A stretch of 64,000 nt of DNA from assembly GCF_001194135.2 (NCBI RefSeq), contig NC_068982.1:169180163-169244162 (forward strand), given 5' to 3'. The notes below the pieces were generated by a model. That model ran no database searches. It was not told the origin of the DNA and was given only the letters and a program-made list of their open reading frames with translations. Both the position numbers and the translations under genes were made by a program. Positions 1 through 64,000 of the stretch are shown here, piece by piece. The DNA is from Octopus bimaculoides. Taxonomy: Eukaryota. Each line of letters starts with the position of its first letter. Within the stretch, counting starts at the first letter, position 1.

Positions 1-323
1 GGTGAATACTTTGCATTATAATCTACAATGTAAAATCCCCTCTACCCTGGTGATGGAGGCTCATTGACTGTATCCATTATGGCCACATATTGAGATGAAT
101 CACATCTACCAACATCATTATTGATCTCCGAGTCCCCTGAAACAGGTGTTGGACTTATAACACTTTTCTTCCACTCCTTAAACATTCATCATCTGAAAGT
201 CTCCACCTTTTGATCTCTCTCATTTTGCATGTATACATATATACATATTTTGCATTGCATACCCAAACTATTATAATTAATATAATTAATGTACATAGTT
301 TGTTTATCTGCATAATTGCTTCA

Positions 324-368
<45 letters not shown>

Positions 369-645
369 TAGCATTTACTCTGAGGAAGTCAAATATCAGT
401 ACTAGTTAAATATTTGAAACCAGAGCTATTAAATGATATCTAGAATTTATTCCAAAACCAAACAGCTTCAAAAAGTCAGTTTTATACATTTGTTGATCCT
501 ATCTAAATCACATATTAACCAGGACATATTTCTTTAGTATTGAGTGACGAGTAGAGAAATTATTTTATTCAGTTTAAACATTTACAAAAATTGTTGTAAT
601 CAATAAATTATTGCTAATCATAAACTCAACAAAGTATAGTTTTAG

Positions 646-700
<55 letters not shown>

Positions 701-823
701 CTGTTTTTGGAAAATCTGCAACCAATCTGGTTTGCTATTGAGTAAAGAGAAATAAGGGGAAAAAAAAAGATAAAATGTACACAAGATTTTAAAGTTTAAA
801 AATATTTCCATTCAACTGCTTAC

Positions 824-60771
<59,948 letters not shown>

Positions 60772-60915
60772 CTGAATAAAAATAAAGTCAAATATAAACA
60801 ATGGATATATTTAAGTTTCAATTTTATTTTTAGTCAGTTTTTTTTTATATATATATTCTTTCCTTATTTCTATTTGCATATGAATTCTCAGACAAAAACT
60901 GACTGCCTGCCTGCC

Positions 60916-60948
<33 letters not shown>

Positions 60949-62195
60949 ACACTGGCCTCTTACCCCTAACATTCCTGCTCAGTCACCATCTACTTCTCCC
61001 AACCCTTTATTCCATCATAATGCTTGCATAACAAGGGGTTATATCAAATCTATTGGTATCCAGTAGCTTCCAATCACCACACTTTCATTTTTATTAACAA
61101 CCATCATGCTTTCTTACTATTAATTATCTCTACAACTTTCCATCATTTGCTCTCTGTTGCTACCACCTTCATCGTCTTCATTATAGTCTCTCTTCCATTA
61201 CTCCCTCCTCTACAACACTGTCATTCCAATTACATTTCTCTCATTGTAACCTTATTTTTTTCATCCTCTCACCTTAGTTCATCATTTCATCATTCATCTC
61301 TTCTATTCACCCTCTTGGTTCTTGAACAAATGGACTCAAACTTAGAATTCTTTAGTCTGGTGAGGTACAAGGCAACATCAATAGAGTTGATGCCACAATA
61401 AAATGTACTCTTTATAAAAGTAGTTGGAGAATAAGTAAATATAGTGTAAGGTTGAGAGGACTCTTTAGTTTTGTCAAAAACCTGACAGCTTTGCTAGTGC
61501 TGGTACCATGATAAAATCCAGTACAATCTTTAACTTTTTAGCATTCAGATTACACTATCAAATGTAATGTTTATTTATTCACATTGTTTTCAATCAATCA
61601 TACATTATCCTATAGCTACGAGATTTTGATGATGTGATTGTTTATTTTTAGAAATACATTGTAGTGTAGGTGTGAAAGGCCAGATCTGGCTGGTTTAAAC
61701 ATAACACAGGTAAAATATTTGGACCCAATAAGGCCAGTTTAAATCCTAAAGGGTTAAAGCAGGGCATGTTAGAAAGGACATTCAGCCATAGAAACAGTGC
61801 CAGAAATGGAATGTACAAGTGAGACACGATCCTCTGATCCTTCGAAAAAGGCAGTAAATCTGAATAGAAACAAATTCATATTGTGATAAACCCAGCCAAC
61901 ATAAGCCCCCTTGGAAAGTAGACATAAAATGATGATGATGACCTGATAATTTATAATATATTATTGCTAATTTAAGGAGTAACATTAGTATAAACCAGTG
62001 TTTCTCAACAGGGGTCCATATAAGATTTTGTGGGGCCCATGCAACAAAATAGTAAATTGAGGATCCACAATAGTAATTTAAGGGCCCCTGAAAGAAGTTT
62101 GCTTAGATGTGTGTATTGGTATGTATTGCATGAAACAGGTTTCTTTCTCTGGTATTTTCCATAGTTCAACTTACGCAAATTAGTATGAAAAAAAC

Positions 62196-62454
62196 AATAA
62201 GGATTTTAAAGAATAAAAAGTTTTGAATGGTACAACAATGCACTATAATACAAAAAATGGACTATATACCTGTTGTAATTTGGTTATCTATAGTCTGATG
62301 ATATTTCGAAATAAGAAGATCTGAAGAAGGAATTGTAATTCAGAAATATCATCGGACTATAGATAACCAAATTACAACAGGTATATAGTCCATTTTTTGT
62401 ATTATAGTGCATTGTTGTACCATTCAAATCTTTTTATTCTTTAAAATCCTTATT
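62196..62454. repeat. Near-perfect inverted repeat, ~112-bp arms and ~35-bp spacer
   Basis: 62196-62307 is the reverse complement of 62343-62454 with a few mismatches. Confidence 0.95.
62318..62353 (+). ncRNA. Candidate minimal type-I hammerhead ribozyme motif (probably mutated)
   Basis: GAU-CUGAAGA-A-GGAAU(UGUA)AUUC[A]-GAAA-UA-UC-AUC: core boxes, stem II with a G-A mismatch at the closing pair, palindromic AUAU stem III and a 3-bp stem I. Confidence 0.4.
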
Positions 62455-62456
62455 CT

Positions 62457-63335
62457 TTAAAAGGCAGACTGTATGACGCATGCGTACGAACAACCATGCT
62501 ACATGGCAGTGAAACATGGGCTGTAACTGCTGAGGACATACGTAAGCTCGCAAGGAATGAAGCCAGTATGCTCCGTTGGATGTGTAATGTCAATGTGAAT
62601 ACCCGTCAGAGTGTAAGTATCTTGAGAGAAAAGCTGAACATTAGAAGCATCAGTTGTGGCGTGCAAGAGAGACGATTGCGCTGGTATGGACATGTGGTGA
62701 GAATGGAGGAGGATAGCTGCGTGAAAAAGTGCCACACCCTAACAGTTGAGGGAACCCGTGGAAGAGGTAGGCCCAGGAAGACCTGGGCTGAGGTGGTGAG
62801 GCAAGACCTTCGTACATTGGGCCTCANNNNNNNNNNNNNNNNNNNNNNNNNNNNNNNNNNNNNNNNNNNNNNNNNNNNNNNNNNNNNNNNNNNNNNNNNN
62901 NNNNNNNNNNNNNNNNNNNNNNNNNNNNNNNNNNNNNNNNNNNNNNNNNNNNNNNNNNNNNNNNNNNNNNNNNNNNNNNNNNNNNNNNNNNNNNNNNNNN
63001 NNNNNNNNNNNNNNNNNNNNNNNNNNNNNNNNNNNNNNNNNNNNNNNNNNNNNNNNNNNNNNNNNNNNNNNNNNNNNNNNNNNNNNNNNNNNNNNNNNNN
63101 NNNNNNNNNNNNNNNNNNNNNNNNNNNNNNNNNNNNNNNNNNNNGCGGGTGACACGTAAAAGCACCCACTACACTCTCTGAGTGGTTGGCATTAGGAAGG
63201 GCATCCAGCTGTAGAAACTCTGCCAAATCAGACTGGAGCCTGGTGTTGCCATCCGGTTTCACCAGTCCTCAGTCAAATCGTCCAACCCATGCTAGCATGG
63301 AAAGCGGACGTTAAACGATGATGATGATGATGATG
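62457..63335 (+). mobile_element. Second young 5'-truncated copy of the same RTE family (gap N 62827-63144)
   Basis: Nearly identical to 15065-15215; ORF 62496 MLHGSETW...RRLRWYGHVVRM...RGRGRPRKTW; same 3' UTR and (GAT)n tail. Confidence 0.9.
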
Positions 63336-63954
63336 AAACAATACACAATGCTTCAAGCGAATTACAATACTCTCCTGCCAAAAAGGATTTTGAAAGAAGT
63401 TTCTATAAAACTAGTTTTTAAACATTGAATTTACCAGAATAAAACATTAATCAAAGGGGTCCATAAATGAAAAATGGTTGAGAACCTCGAAACCTTTAAT
63501 ATATGTTGGATAAAAAACAATTATTTTTTTTTTATGTTGTTTTAAATCTAAAATGTCAACTAGAAAGCATCCTTATATCTTTGTTACTGAAAGCATGCAA
63601 ATATGTGAAAAATGCAAGACTTTACATATATTATCTTTGATTTCCTATCTCAGAGATCTAAAACATACTGCTTATCTTAAGATTTCACAAGTAATTACAC
63701 CTAGAATAAGAAGAAAAAAAAGCAAATAAAAACTGAAACATTTTACAATGTACTACTTAATAGATAACAGTACTAATTATTTACAATTAAATTAAATAGC
63801 TCATAATTACTTATGAGCAGGCATGACTTGTTGTTAAGAAATTTGCTCCTCAACATGAGGTTTTGGGCTCAGTCTTATTGCACCGTACCTTGGGAAAGTG
63901 TCTTCTACAGCCTTGGACTGACCAAAGCCTCCCAAGTGAATTTGGTAGAAAGTA

Positions 63955-64000
<46 letters not shown>

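Larger units (their letters stand above)
61996..63492. mobile_element. Probable hAT-type MITE interrupted by an inverted repeat and an RTE insertion
   Basis: 5' end cagtgtttctcaacaggggtcc; 3' end ggggtcc...ggttgagaacc; TSD not clearly preserved. Confidence 0.5.

Noticed and set aside
1-823. Search for the next ferlin exon (and for C2A first exons above 60771)
   Set aside because: No segment with fitting phase and ferlin motif was found; these exons presumably lie outside the window.

Overview
AT-rich, repeat-dense animal genomic DNA from a draft assembly with three N gaps. The SINE/RTE repertoire looks like octopus, but that is an inference from repeat families. The whole window lies inside one minus-strand ferlin gene of the myoferlin/dysferlin type. 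I reconstructed nine GT-AG exons by hand (60771 down to 824; 973 nt) that splice in frame. They encode the second half of C2A, the acidic/basic linker, all of C2B, the FerI region and the start of C2C; both gene ends lie outside the window. The introns hold tRNA-derived (partly CORE-type) SINEs, young and old RTE LINE pieces, HERO, CR1/L2-like and Penelope remnants, DD41D and maT mariner relics, hAT/piggyBac/mariner MITEs and a truncated Gypsy-like LTR+gag. Most interesting leads: (1) candidate alternative first exons in the 22.5-kb intron that end in FQ at phase 0 and would give C2A-less ferlins; (2) a ~98% identical inverted RTE-tail pair tightly flanking two phase-0 C2B exons (circRNA, exon-skipping or editing geometry); (3) a minimal hammerhead-like motif inside a long inverted repeat; (4) a duplicated TATA-containing block with possible downstream hydrophobic mini-exons; (5) an intact gag ORF ending in a stop that overlaps AATAAA. 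None of these leads is tested against transcript data.
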